Numbered from the stretch's first letter, positions 25,801 through 40,800 are shown. The stretch is 64,000 bases of DNA from Lytechinus pictus (GCF_037042905.1 NC_087245.1:18664001-18728000); one strand, 5' to 3'. Program-made: numbers and translations. The notes: a model not told the origin generated them from the sequence alone.

Positions 25801-28800
25801 CCACTGTTCTAAATTAATGAGTCCTCTCTTCAAACAGTGGACTCATGAATAAAATAGCTTTCTAACCATGGTAACAGGTGTCAATTTGGTGCACTGTGAC
25901 AAAAGCTGCGCATCAGCAGTGGACATTTTTTATACACGTGCCTGATACGCGCTAAATCAAGCATTATTTATACAGAAAATCTGCATAAACCATAGATTCA
26001 CCTTTGTGAATGCGGGCCCTTAAGTTTTTAATTTTTATTTCCCATAAACAAGGATGACTGGATTGACCTTACACTCACAGTAGTCACCCTTTGCAATCCA
26101 TCCTTTTCCTTTCCCCAACTCAAAGAAATCTCCATGTCCATTCCAACCCTCCTCCTCTCCTCCTTCACTTGCTTTTCCCATGTCTTCACAGGTTGTCCCC
26201 TCCTTGGCTAAATCATTTATATTAATGAGTAGATTTTACTCTTCTTAACAATTTCTTTGCACGTGGCTGTAACATGTTAATCAGAATACATCCCATCCTT
26301 AGTCTCTCCCTTCTTCTCTTTTCCCACTACTCCGGATGAAAATTTAAATCTCAAAATAGAGTTACCTTGCTCATCTTGACAGCTTCATTGTGTTTGGTTT
26401 GTGCGTATGTCAGGTATGCAACCCTCTCCCCATACTTCTGCTGTTCTTCAGCCTGGTTACTCATGAACATCTAATAACAAACCAAATATGATCAGGGTTA
26501 CACATATAATCAGCGTAACCCAGCCATTCAATGTTAAGTTCAATAATTTGCTGGGAACAAAAATTTGTGTGAATCAGGTGCTCTAAATCCTTTTAATTTT
26601 GAAATTAGTACTTATTCATTACTCTCTATATGGTATCACTCTCTCATGAAATAGTATAGAGTGAATGAAATTTAATTTAAAAAAATTAAAAAAAATTCCA
26701 CATTCACTCATTCATAAAAAAAAATTATAATAGTGGGTAAATAATAAATATTGTGCAATGTTCTCTTACACAGTCAGAGCGCCACGCGTATGCTAATGAG
26801 CACGATCGCTGAAATTTATTCAGAATCCCATCCGCCCGAAAATCATCTAGCGGGACTCTCGTAGATCGCGAGATATCACGAGAGTCATGCAGGTCTCGTT
26901 CTAATGACGTCATACTCTTCACTGGAAAAGCCAAGATGGAAGAATGCAACCGTAAGTAAATCTTGAAATCTTTAGCTTTATTTTGATATGAAATATGTGG
27001 TAATCCAGAAAAAAATTGAACCTGAAATAATGCTTTAGATCTAGGCAATATTTTAGCCGGATCGGAGATCAAATTTTTCATTAGAATGTTGTTTTTTACG
27101 TCCTGACCCTCCTCAGAATTTTTGGCTTTCGTGAAGCCTCCGATGTTGTAGAATATATTTCAGTGATGAACATGTGTAAATATCTCTGGGACGCAAAATC
27201 TCCTTCGTACTCGTATTTTACGATGAAACTACCTCAAATTTTCCATTTTGTCAACTGCACTGACGCTGATTCTTCTTTTGTACTTGTTTATTTTATTGAG
27301 TGATGACGTCAGCCATGGTCTCGCGCGGAGTAACCAACTGGTGGGTCAGTCCCATTACCATTAGTGTATTTTTGAGTCTTGTTTAAAAAGCTTGGTGCCC
27401 AATTCTCTCACATTGATTGTGTGAGGGCCAAATCATTGCCATGCGAACTTGAAATAAAGATTAGATCTAGTTTGAAATTATTTTGTAATTATTCCATGAG
27501 GTTGCAATCTAATTTTGTGCCTTATATTCTGATGCATTTCATCCAAATCAGACTATTATTTGAGACTGAGATAGAGCTCGAGAGCTGTGACACTAGTGTC
27601 AGTGACATGACACTGTCAACAGTTGTCTAAAAAAAAGGGAATTGACAGATTGAGATTGACTGACTTCTTGACTAGCCATGAGGCTCCTTGAGAGTAAATA
27701 TCATTCATTAACGTGTGCTTACCCTCCTTGGAGCCAGGGATTGCATCCCATACATTTGCGTGTACCGCGAAAAAAAACCCAGAAATTTTACGCTCTCGAG
27801 ATTTCTACTTTCCATATAAATTATAAGAGAGGTAGATCTAGTCCTAAATCATGTGAATGGGATATACAACTTCATCTCTGACATTTTTACATTTAAACAA
27901 GAATTCATTAAAAAGACAGAAAACTTTCAACGATGTTCATGTCACCATCATGTTTTTTTTTTTTTTTTTGCCAAGGCTACAAAACGCCTATTGAGGAAAT
28001 GAAGTTGTATCCCATTTACATGATTTAGGTATAGATCTTTTAGAAGGAAAGTAGAAATCTTGGGGAGAGTATGCATTTTACTCTCTGGGTCAGGAGCCTC
28101 CTGGCTACAGGTATTCTCTCTAGTTGTCGGTACTAATAGATCTCTATTGTAATTGATTATTGAATTAAAGTTATTAAGTAAATTGAAAATGAATTATGGA
28201 AACCTCAATAATAAACCTTGGTTAACAAAGGTGTCATTATAGATTTTTTTTAGAATTCAATTTAATCGTAGAATCTGTTAGATCTAAGCTTGATCTACTT
28301 TCTTTGAAAATTTAAATTCAAGACTCGGGCAATATACTAATCAAGAAGTTAACGTCCATGGGAACTCATTCATTTACTCATATTTTGTGGACTTTGAATT
28401 TTGATGAGACAAAAAGACATTTTAGCCCAAGATTTATTCAAGAAAGTTTGCATTTTTCAGGTGACAATCTGACATAGACTCAGATTTGAATTTTATTGCA
28501 TTTTTAAAAACATGTATCATTACATGATTAATTGTGCAGATGGGTGAGGCCTGAGGGGCCCTGATATGGTGGGGGGGGGGGGGCTTTCATTATCATAACT
28601 GCACTTTTTGCTATAAATTTTATTACAAACAGCTAAAACTTACCATCCAATTATGATTTTTTGCATGATCCCAGGCTATGTTCTGCTCAGTCCTCCCCCT
28701 TCCCACTCCAAAAAAAAAAAAAAAGAAACATTCTGCAGCCTTTGGGTATCCACACAGACAATGTCATTGTACAGATATTTTTAAGAAGTGCCATACTGAT

Positions 28801-31800
28801 ACAGCAACGCTTTGATAATTGAATTGTCACACTGCTGATTTTATTTTCTGGGGGAGCAGCAAAAATATTTTTTGATGGAGATGTGTCCCTCAAACCCTGA
28901 AATGGGAGTTCAAGAGGGAAACATACATGAACATGTATTTGTTTTTAATATAGTTAGGAAATATGAGCAATATTTTGATAAACTAAAATATGAATCTATG
29001 CATTTTATTTATTGTAAATTACTGAGCCTGCAAATTCTTTTTGCTTTGGGCAAAAATATTACTTGGATGGGCGCTTCTATTGCTATTTCAATAGATTTGT
29101 TTGCTATTTTTTCCACCGTGTCCTTCTTCATTAAGTGCTGACAAATTTTTATATGTGAACATTGTAATTTTGCTCTGAGTAAATAAATGATAGGAAGTTA
29201 AATGTTATGTTATTACATATTGCAATTATTTTCTTTGTAATGACATTTAACTCTCTGTCCTTTTGTTTTATTGCTTTCCTAGTTTGGAATTTATTTTGTT
29301 GTAAAAGCAATCTTTTCTTTTTTTTTCTTTACAGATCACCTTCACATCTGGCTGGATGCCAAGTTCTTTTGATAGGAGACTCAATTGTGCGACACGCTGT
29401 TTTTAATGGACCCTTTTCTTCTGAAACTTTGTGCTTTCCAGGGGCTAATGTTACATCGTTAAGATCATCATTCGTCAAATCTTTCAGAATTACTTCGACT
29501 TTTCTACAAAGGCTGTTTTCATCCATATAGGAACAAACAATTTAGAACATAGTGTTTGGGAAAAGGATTCCAAAGCATTTCATAATTTGTATATTAGTGT
29601 TAGAGAGCAATTTCGGTGTGCAAAGATTATTAACTGTTTGGGATAAAGTACAGATTCCCATATACTATTATCCAGACATTGAATTATATGGCTTTGTTGT
29701 ATCCAGGGATGATGGGGAAGTACCGTACATGTAGCATGCCAGTGGGACACAGATGAAAGTATTGAAAAGATTAAATCAAATGTTTTATATCTCACAAGGG
29801 GTTGTTCTTGTGCCAAGAGCAAATGTCATAACCATTTATGTAAATGTAGAAAAGAGGGTAGATTTTGTGGGCCAGGTTGCCGCTGTAGACAGTGCCAAAA
29901 TCTTACTGCTGTAGAGAAACTGGCAAGTGATAGCGACTCCAGTGAAGAAGATTCTGATATTGATCATTTTGATTATGATTCTGATTTTGATGAAGTTCCT
30001 TGTGATAAAACAAATATCGAAGGTACCATTGAAATCGACATTGATGGTGATTTATCTCTGTTTGAAGATTTGCAGGAAGACTGTTCAGATTATGAGTAGG
30101 CATTCTCTGTGTCATGTTCTTGTAGCCCTTTAAAATCATTCATCAGTCATTTAATCAGTCTATTATATGCCAGTATTCATTGGCTGCTGTGAGGGTGAAG
30201 TTTGTTACATTGAATCAATTCATGATAGCTATTACTTTTATATTATGTACATGTTTTTTTTAATGGTTATAATTTTTGTTTAAAGAACATTTATAAGAAG
30301 GCATGACAGGCAATGTGGAAATGTTGGTGAGCATTTACACATGTTTTTTATGCATGTGATACCTTTTTATTTGTATATCATTAAGTGTCTGCAACATTAC
30401 ACTATTTCCACATTATGCATAACAGAAGAAGTTGAACTATTTTTTTTTTCACAAGTATGCACATTTTTCATATATTTAACGTACCTTGTTATGTTTATTC
30501 TTGCTTTTTACTGCAATACATATGAGTCAGTGTATGTATACGTTTCTTGCCAGTTCCATTGAGGTCTTGCAGGTCAATCATTTTGGTAGCTGAAATAATA
30601 GTTGTCGTAGTTGTATGAAACAAATGTGAAGTTTCTTACGACAATTGTGAGGCTTAAGCAGAATACATGATGGTTACATGTATTTTGTTAGATTGGCTAA
30701 TTATTTCATTAGCAATATATAGAGGTGCAGTACCGTACATGTATTTCCTCTTGAACTTTGACGCAGCTTTTTCAATATGTGTGTGATTTACAATATCCTA
30801 TAAAACAGTTGTGTATATTATTATTATTATTTTGCCGTTGTTGCTTTGCTTTTGCTACTTATGATTATGATTATGTAAATGTGTAACTTTTTTTGCTTAC
30901 ATACATGTATTGAACCTTTTGTACAAGTTGTCATGATGGTGAGCATTGAACTACCTTTGTTCCTACTTTTACATGTACATTATATATATTTTCATGATCA
31001 CCTCTTTATAAATTGTTTTTCCTTGTCATTTAGATAGTGCATTGTGGCAGTTTCTTGCAGGTCAATCATTTTGGCAACTCAGATAATAGTTTTTGTAGTT
31101 ACATGTAGGCCTATATGAAACAAATGATAAGTTTCTTACAGCAATTGTGAGGCTTAAGCTAAATACATGATGGTTACATGTATTTTGTTAGATTGGCTAA
31201 TTATTTCATTAGCAATATATAGAGGTGCAGTACATGTATTTCCTCTTGAACTTTGACGCAGCTTTTTCAATATGTTTGTGATTTACAATATCCTATAAAA
31301 CAGTTGTGTCTATTATTTTACCCTGCTGTTGCTGTTCCTACTTATGATTATGTAAATGTGTAAATTTTTTGGTTATGTAAATGTGTAAATTTTTTGTTTA
31401 TATGTTGAAGCACTTGTACAAGTTGTCATGATGGTGAGCATTGAACTACCCTTGTTCCTACTTTTACATGTACATTATGTATATTTTCATGATCACCTTT
31501 TTATAAATTGTTTTTTCCTTGCCATTTAGAGAGTGCATAGTGGCAGTTTTAACATCTCATACACATGTTAACAATGGGGACATTATTACAGTTGGTGATA
31601 CGTATATTGACCCCAGTAATTCCATATATTGTAATATGTATTACCTAGATATACATGTATGTAAACGTATGGCTGAATTATTTCTTTTATGAGGCAGTTT
31701 TGATGGCACTGACTTCTGTATACAAAGATTATTTCACTTGTTTCCTGTCATGACTACCAAAGTAATTTCACTGATGACGGGCTTTCCTAAACGATACATT

Positions 31801-34800
31801 CCTTGTTTATAAAATTGTTTTAACTCATATTTACCTCAACTACTGTCTGCTTGCCAAAGACATTCAGGGAGCATTAGATGTAAAACTGCCTTTATCTTTA
31901 TTAACATGTTTGATTGTAAAACAAAAACAGTATTCACTTATACTCTCTTCATGTACTTGCCTTGAATGATATTAGGTGCCAAAGTTTTTTGCTTGTATTT
32001 ATATGTTTTGTAAACATGAGTTTCAAGAGTTTGATGTTGGAAATAAACTCTTTTTTTCTTGTTAAAATTGATCAGATATTGAACATGCTTTCAATTTTTT
32101 TTCTTTAGGAATATCCATTTACTATGAGCTAGATTTTGAATTCATGCATTGTATTGCACTGGAGATCTGAATATGAGAATATAGAAGAATAAATGAAGAA
32201 AGAAATAGAAAAAAAATCAAGATTTAAAGAAAAAGAAGAGAATATGTGTATGAACTTAAGTTACAGTTACACAACTGTTTAAACACGTTTCTGTGCATGA
32301 CAAAAAGAAAAGATGTGTTCGATTAGAAAGTCGGCTGGATGTGTGAGGAAAATATTACATGTAATATCAAGAGAGAGAGAGACAGACAGAGCAACACTAA
32401 TAGAGAGGGAGAGAGATGGGTGTTTCCCACGGAGAAAGGTGTTTGAAAATGAATAAAAAAACACAGTAGTGGGACAAGATTTGTGAATATGAGGAATTGA
32501 AAATTGAGGAGGAAGACGAGATCTGTTGAACAAATGATATCCAAGTATCCCACTGCACGATGGAATGTAATTGTTCAGAGAAAAGGGTGGATAATGAATC
32601 GTGATAAATAGAAATATACATCGCACCCAGGTGTGGAACCAGGGGGGGGGGGACACGTGCCCCCCCCCCCTTGAGAGTATTGAGAGCAACTTGTCTATTT
32701 TTTTAAATGTAAACATACCGTAAATACACAAGTGTCCCCCCCTTAGAGTGGCAGCAAATATTTTAAATGGGATTATGTGGTTCCTTTACAAGTGAGCCCC
32801 CCCCCCCTTTTTTTGGGGGGGGGGTTGTTAATTTCAAATGTGGCAAAATGTCAGTCATTTTTGGAGGGAAAACTTTTGCTTGTCAATATTTCCTACGAAA
32901 TATTTGCCCCCTCCCCTTTTGGAAAATCCTGGATCTGGCCCTGATCACACCCCCCCCCCAAATAAATAAATAAATAAACAGAAATACTAGTGAATAAAAC
33001 AAAATCAACTAATGGGAGAAAGAAAATTGATAAAATGGATTGATAATGATTTAGAACAGTAAAACAAAACACATGAATTATGGAGGGTGTCTTTGCATTT
33101 TTTATGCTTTTCTAAACTTCCAAGCATGTTGACATTTATTAATTGTTCTATCCATTCTTGTTTGTTTCTGAAAACGGGATGTGTGCATGTATGTAATTCT
33201 TTTCAACAAGTCTTGGCAACAAAACCGGCCGGGGGGGGGGGGGGGCAGCATCAATAAGTTAACTAAGTACATACCGGTACATGTAATTCAGAAAACGCAG
33301 AATTGCATACATGGGACTGAGTTTATTGATAAAACACAAATACGACTCTACTCACTTAGAATGGCTATAATAATGAATGCAGAGATATAAGGAAATATCC
33401 CATAAAATTTCTTGCATTCTTGTCAGTCTTCTATATTGAAAAATCTATCAAAAACAATTTTACGTCTATAAACTTTGTATAAAAGAACAAATACTCTATG
33501 AAAGTAGACGACGTTGTTGTTCGGGGTTTCGCTTCGAAAGTCGATGTGTAGAAAGGTCATGACCTGCGATCACGCGTTGAATCCATGGAATGCGTTGACC
33601 AATCAGATTGCTCTATTTACGTAACTCGTTTGAAGCTCGTTTTGGACAGGCCCTCATAATGACTTGGCGGTATGTTTCCCTGGTTCCTGACTCTCCTCAT
33701 TAATGAAAAACCATGAATTATGTCTCATTTTAAAGAGTGATAATTCAGCTTTACAACTGTTATTAAATTTGAAGGACGCAAGAATTATGAAATGGTATTA
33801 TACGTCGTTAAAGCTGAATGATTTGAATTTTTCCGGGGGCAAAGTTCTAGGGCAGTTTACCTTACTAAGTTAATGAAATATGTCGATAATTATGGTATAT
33901 ATCGAATCCTTGATTCTTCCCCTTTCTATCGATATAATGTTTATGGTTTAAAACAGTAAATTAACCCGGTAAAACGCAGAGAAACTAGACCCTTGCGTTC
34001 CTCATTACGTATTCATGAACCGAGCGGTCACGAATACGAGCTGAATAAATACGTGCGAATTAGCTCGCGCGGCGGAGTGACTGTACACTGTAGTACTTGA
34101 AATAAGTGTATATTCATAAAAGAATAAGACAATTTTTTCTGAACACGTTTTCTCATGGCTAGGCAGTTTTGTGCTTATTTGAATTTGAGACTAAAATAAG
34201 GACTTTCTTTATATTCTGATAATTCTTTGAATTTACATTTTCAACCTGTTGAACAAGATTTCAAATCAGTACATGACATATTTACAATGTGTTCCAGGGC
34301 CCTGAAGTTGAAGGAAATACTATTTAATACCCTTTCAGGCAATATTGCCACTCCCAATAGATAGCACCACCAGGTGGTGATAGATGAGGTCACCTTTTAT
34401 TAAAACATCTGAATGCTCCAAGCTTACCTCGTGATCTATCATCACATGAATAAAAAACAATAACTTCTGCATGGACATGATACTTATTGCTGATACACTG
34501 GGCAGAGATTTGATTGAAATGCCTCACAATGTGCTACTATTTTCATTGTGACGTGTTATACATGTATATCGCAAGTCATTCATAATGTGCTACTGATAGC
34601 CTGTTGCTATCAATTGCAAGTGGTGATAACATGTGAAATGGCTGCAGGACTCACATAAGCAATGCTGGTGAAGTGATGAACCTTGATCTGCAGTGTCTTC
34701 TTCCACCATTTATTCCTCCTAGATCCCATCAGACTACTGATATTAGAATCATCAAGTCCCTTCAGTGCCTGCTTGTAATACTCCACAACCTGCATGCTGA

Positions 34801-37800
34801 TACGGGCCACCAAGGAACTCTTCCGGTTGTCCTGCATTGACTTCTCCAACAGGCACTCCTGGGCTTGACCCTGGGCAGCAGAATATTCAGATACAGGTGC
34901 CGACAGTAAATTAATGACCTATCTGTCAGATCAGCCCTAGTAAACTAAAACTTGGATCAATACTCATATGTTCTGCATGCAAAAGCTAAATTGAAATGAT
35001 TAGGAATGAAATCAGCTCCCATACAAAAATATTATCAATTCTATATTCAGGATGGAAGGATCAATTAAGAATATTTTAATGATTTTGCCCCCATAGTGCC
35101 ACGGTGAACTAAAATGGACTACAATTTCGACTAAGAATTAAGTGTGACTATGTTATGTGTCTGTACTTATGCGCATATGGTACTTAACATGTAATCTAGT
35201 AATCTAGTTAATGGCTAAGCATTTCACATGCTCTGAATATGATATTGGCCATATGATGCTGTATTACATACTGTATTACATTCTGTACACAACCCGGGGC
35301 CGTTTCATAAAGCTGTTCGTAAGTTAAGAGCGACTTTAAGAACGACTGGTGAACCTTTCTTACCTGCTAAACCATCGCCAATGGAGTATACCATTTACCA
35401 AAAGAAAGGATCACCAGTCGTTCTTAAATTCGCTCTTATCTTACGAACAGCTTTATGAAACACCCACCAGGACATTTAAATGTGTTTTGTAATCACTTAC
35501 GCCATGTGACTCAGCCCCTTGACTATAGCTTACTCACCAGCATTGTGTTGATGTACATGTTCATGAGCTCAAATGAGATATCAGGGCTCATGTCACACTG
35601 AAAGTTATCCTTGAGGTAGCTGAAAGCCCCAGCTGCACACTGGAAGTGGGTACATGCTACCTTCATCTCCTGTATGTCAAAGGTGAAATCAAAATCAATA
35701 ATAATCATATTATTATTCAAATTTACCACTCATATATTCTGCAAGCATAATAGAGCCTGGTTCAGTCTAGGTGAAAAAAATCATCCTTTTTCATATTGAT
35801 GAATGTGCATTTTACACATACAATTTCTAAAGATTGCTTGATGTCACATGGAAACTCATACCATCATGATCATTTTATTATGACATCATGGGGTTTTCTT
35901 AGAGTTTGGGGGGGGGGGTTTACAGAAATAATTTTGTCAAATAAATGTCACAGAATTTAATAATGGCCCATAGGTCTTGTAGCTAGCCAAAGAAAACTGT
36001 TCTCCTCAAGTTTTCAGTACTCAATCTGGAAAAAATAAAGGATCCATCAGGTTAGGGTTATCAATTGAAAAGAAGTTCATTATACCAATATCAGCTGGTT
36101 TAATGTGTAAATCTTTCAAATCAGACTCTTTTCCAAGATATTGACAAACAATAAATGGAAGTTTGAATATCTGGAAAACGCTAGTAATGAAATGACAGAG
36201 AATGCAAGGATGTACATCTAAATGGGGCCTGGCATCATTTAACAAAGTATCTGGATAGTTTTTCACTAGCAAATTCACTATTAGTCAATCAGATGAAAGC
36301 ATTTCAGCAGCTTTGAACAAATGTCAAGTAAAAAATCTCTGACAGGATGCTTCATGAAATGCTCCCTCCAGGTGCCTGTAACAGGAAACTTAGCAATTGA
36401 TCGTAACGTTGATTTGTTCACTTGATTGCACATTATGAACAATGTAATCAAGCACAAGATCAGCTCTATGATCAATCCCTAAGCTCTGTGTTACAAGGAA
36501 CTAACCTCTTCTGAAGCACGTGACTCAATAGCTCCCAAGATGGAATGTAGGGTTCCTAGGTTGAACAGGATGCATGACTGCTCAAATAGGATGTCTGTAT
36601 GTGTGTAGGGTTCCTCATCAAATGTATCAATCCTGTAATTAGTCAGAAATAAAGGCAGAATGACTTGTTACTATGCACCCTCACAGGCCTTACTTACTGC
36701 AAGATTAGTATTAACTTTGCAGAAGAGGTACGTACTGTAGCCGGTGAATGCACTCATGTTAAATTCAAATAAATGTATCAAAGAATTGCAATATAACCTA
36801 TTCATTTGTATACACAAGTTTATTTTATTTTATTAACTCAATCATCCTCCGGTGGTATAAGATATGGCATATATACAGTGGTGCTAAAAAGTTAGTGAAC
36901 CCCACCAGAAAATGAACATATTTAAAACCGTTCAAGTTCTGCCATGTTATAGATATTCAATTGTGAAGTCAGGTTATAACAAATTACATTCAATAAAGTT
37001 TGTTCCTCTGGGCTAACCAAACATTGAAGTGCTGTTGTCTACTGTACATTCAACACTCAGCATTAACTTTCTACCACCACTGTATACTGGTGATGGTGTC
37101 CTACTCCCTCTCCCTTCCTCTCGCTCTATCTCCCTCTCCACTTCCATCTTATGAAATCTCAGGTAATCCATGGTGTTAAACAGACTATTAGTCATGGAGC
37201 AAAGGATTATAAATCATGTGCTCCCTTTATACAACCACACAGTATGCATGTAGATGTACATACAATTCAACATTACACATGTACTGATATTATTGAAGGT
37301 TTTATTTATACATATTCCCACCATGATCATGTCTGTAGGGCTTTGAGGAAACGTAATTTGCTTTACCTTTACCACAGTACGCATAATCAGTTTATCTACG
37401 GATAACAGAGCACCAATGAAATCTTTTCAAACATCTAGGTGAAAAAGTATATCAATTCAAATACGCTGGCAAAACACAAGCTTGCGCAAATTTTATATTG
37501 AAATGACACATTTATAGCTAGATGTAATGACATTTCATTTGTTATTGCAGCACTGGCAAGTCAACTAGGATGTCTAACCATAAATGAAAATTCTAATCAC
37601 AGACATGAAATATGGTATACATACATATTATAAAGATAATTTTCTTATTATTCTTGGGAGGAGATAAAAATCAGTATATCTGCTCCAGGAAAAAAAAATC
37701 ACTGGGGCTCGGGACAATTATGCCCCTGAAATTCCCTAAAGAGCACTGGAAATCAAAAAAAGAGCCTCGAAAACTCCCCATTCACTGCTATGTTAAGGCT

Positions 37801-40800
37801 TATCCAATGTATCAGATATACATATAGGTTGTGAAAAGTAGCTACCAAAAATAAAGAAAAAAATAATTTTTTACCTGATCTGCTCTTTCTGTATACAGAT
37901 AATCCACAAGAAAATCATAAACAATCATGCTGCTTTACACTACATAATGTACATTAAATTTCAAAATATGTTTCAATTTTATGTAGCCAAATTATGTGAT
38001 AAATTTATTAATATTATACGATATCAGTCATCATTTTCATAGGTTTCAAAATTCTGTAATAAATTTCAGTTTCCAGAATTAGATTATAATATCTATTGTT
38101 TTCAGATATGAATTTTAAACAAAAACATGAAAACTTTCTTATTTTGTTCAAAACTTCATTTATCTCTGCTTCTCTAAGTTTTCAGTTTTACTTTTAAAAT
38201 GATTTTCCAATTCCCCTTTAATATGCAGAAATTTCTTTGGAGCAATTCGTCACCAGACCAAATAACATGGAATCAATGAAACAAGGGAAATTATGAAAAC
38301 TTGAAACTTACCATGAGAATGTGAAAGCATCAGACGGAAATCGACTAGAGAGGAGATGTAGCTGACCATAATATTTCTTGAGCGTGCTGATGCCATTAAA
38401 GTCTCTTGTTACATTACAAGCATTCTATTGACAAGAAAAGGAAAAAATATCAGTTACATGCATTTTTTTTTAATATTCAAATTAAATTATATGGGATAAA
38501 CTTGATTGTACCGGTTGGAAGACGATTTTCTTCTTGTTGACTGCCCCCTTCCCATTCATGAAATTTATGATTTCTTATATTTATCACATACCATATTTGT
38601 GTATCATGATATGAAAATGAAAACAAATTACTTAAAATATGTTCAGATTGAGAAAGTGGGAAAGATGGAAGACAGATAATGAAAAATCAGCTTCATAATA
38701 ATAATAGTACAGTTCTTAAATACGCATAACACCTACATGTCTCTATTCATTTATCTACTAAATTCAATAAAGCAGTCCTGCTCCCTAAATCTTAAAATTA
38801 AGAATTCAAAACAGTTATTTACACTATATCAGTAAGCAATACAAGGTGAAATGCCCCTGATATTTGATGTTTATAGATCAGCCTTACACAAACTTATTGC
38901 CACAATTTACAACCATTTTACTTTTTGTTCTTTACCAAGAAAGGTTCCCAAAGAGGCACCGATATTCAGGTGTGAACAATACATTATTGCTGACTTCAGA
39001 ATTATCATGAACAGAACTTTATTCAAAGCAAGAACTAGAGTTAATTGGTCAGGCCACTTCACGAAATGCATACATGTATCAAACAAAAAACAAGTGGAAC
39101 GCCTCTGTCAGTCTCGCCTGCATTACGCAATTCGATATAGCAGCAGTGTGACTTTGAAAACAGCTATTAAATCATTATTCACAAAAGAATACTATGTCCA
39201 TTGACCCAAGAAGATGACCTTTGACCATGATCATGTGACCTCAGACATGTGCAAAACAATCATTATACTTGATTACCCTTATGTCTATGTTTCATGAACT
39301 ACATGTGTAGATCCACACACTTTCTAAGTTATGATGCAAATTCAACAAATTAAGTGACCTTTGACCTTGGTCATGTGACCTGAAACTCAGGCAGGATCTT
39401 CAGTTATACACTATCACCCTTATGTCTAAGTTTCATGAACTAGGTCCATATACTTTAGAAGTTATGACGACATTTCAAAAACTTAACCTTGGTTAAGATT
39501 TTGATATTGATTCCCCCAACATGGTCTAAGTTCATTGACCCTAAATGACCTTTGACCTTGGTCATGTGACCTGAAACTCAGGCAGGATGTACAGTAATAC
39601 TTGATTATCCTTATGTCCAAGTTTCATAAACTAGGTCCATATACTTTTCTAAGTTATGATGACATTTCAAAACTTTAACCTTGGTTAAGATTTCAATGTT
39701 GACGACGCCGCCGTCAGAAAAGCGGCGCCTAGTCTCACTCTGCTATGCAGGCGAGACAAAAAACCTGTCTAAATATTAGTAAAGATTCAGCGATGTGACA
39801 GGTACAGGGGCCGCGGAAGCGGGGGGGGGGCTGGGGACTTAAGCCCCCCACTTTTTTCAAAACAATGTACAAAAATGTAAGAATGACCATATGATTGTGA
39901 TTTTTTGCATGGTCAGCCCCTCACTTTTGGCTCAGCCCCCCCACTTTGAAAACCGTTCTGCGGCCCCTGAAGTATAGATCTATCATTTCACTGTTATGAT
40001 CTTATGAAAGTGCAGTGACTATTACATGTACATGTACAGTATATTATCACTGTTCATTGACTACCAGTAATTCTGAATGAAATGTCAATTTTTCTGGTGA
40101 TCAGATTTTGTGCCTTTAAGGGTACGTTTTGGGTTTTTTTTTCTAGAGACTTTTCAAACACTTATCGGTACAAATTTAGTGATTTGCATATTACAACAGA
40201 AAGCTACATGATGATTACATCCTGAATTTGACACCTGTTCCATACATGATACATACTGTATTTTGTAGTGCTGTTGTCGGGAACAAAAATCCATGTCGAC
40301 ATGTCGCTTAAAAATCAATCCCGACATCGACATTGTCGACATGAAAAGGGACTGTAATTTAGCCTAGGGCTAGGCTCCCTAACATAAAAAAAAAATCATT
40401 CGATTGTGGAACATAACACTCTCAATCAAATGTATTCACCTTCACACGAGTGATATCCCCACACTAGATCTAGATCTATATAATACAGGCTCAGTTCGGG
40501 AAACATTTTCACTAAGCTAGAGTGAATTCACCGATTAATCCACATTTTTTTCTGGAGAATCAAGTTTTTGTACCACGATCCAGTCTCGAAAGCATTGCGC
40601 AATAACATTCGGAGCCAATTTGAGAATCACCAATTACAACAGTGATCATTGCGTATTATACGCTGGTACACATGTGCTGCAAACGCAAGCTCCTCAAATT
40701 GACAAAAAAAATGATGAAAATCGACCGATAATTTCAGTATCACTTCCGCGGCGATCCGTGCAACGATCTCCAAACGAAGGAAGGGAAGTTTTCTGTGACT

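Larger units (their letters stand above)
26771..34083 (+). mobile_element. 7.3-kb defective DNA transposon, Academ(X)-like, in PTPN23 intron 6
   Basis: Imperfect TIRs CAGTCAGAGCGCCACGCGTATGCTAATGAGCACG..ATTTATTCAG / CAGTCACTCCGCCGCGCGAGCTAATTCGCACGTATTTATTCAG; 4-bp TSD TACA (26767-26770, 34084-34087); internal Cys-rich finger remnant. Confidence 0.7.

Noticed and set aside
26769..26777. CACAGTC as an RSS-like heptamer of a RAG/Transib transposon
   Set aside because: TSD and the opposite end place the terminus at CAGTC with a 4-bp TSD; no nonamer or RAG-like coding remnant seen
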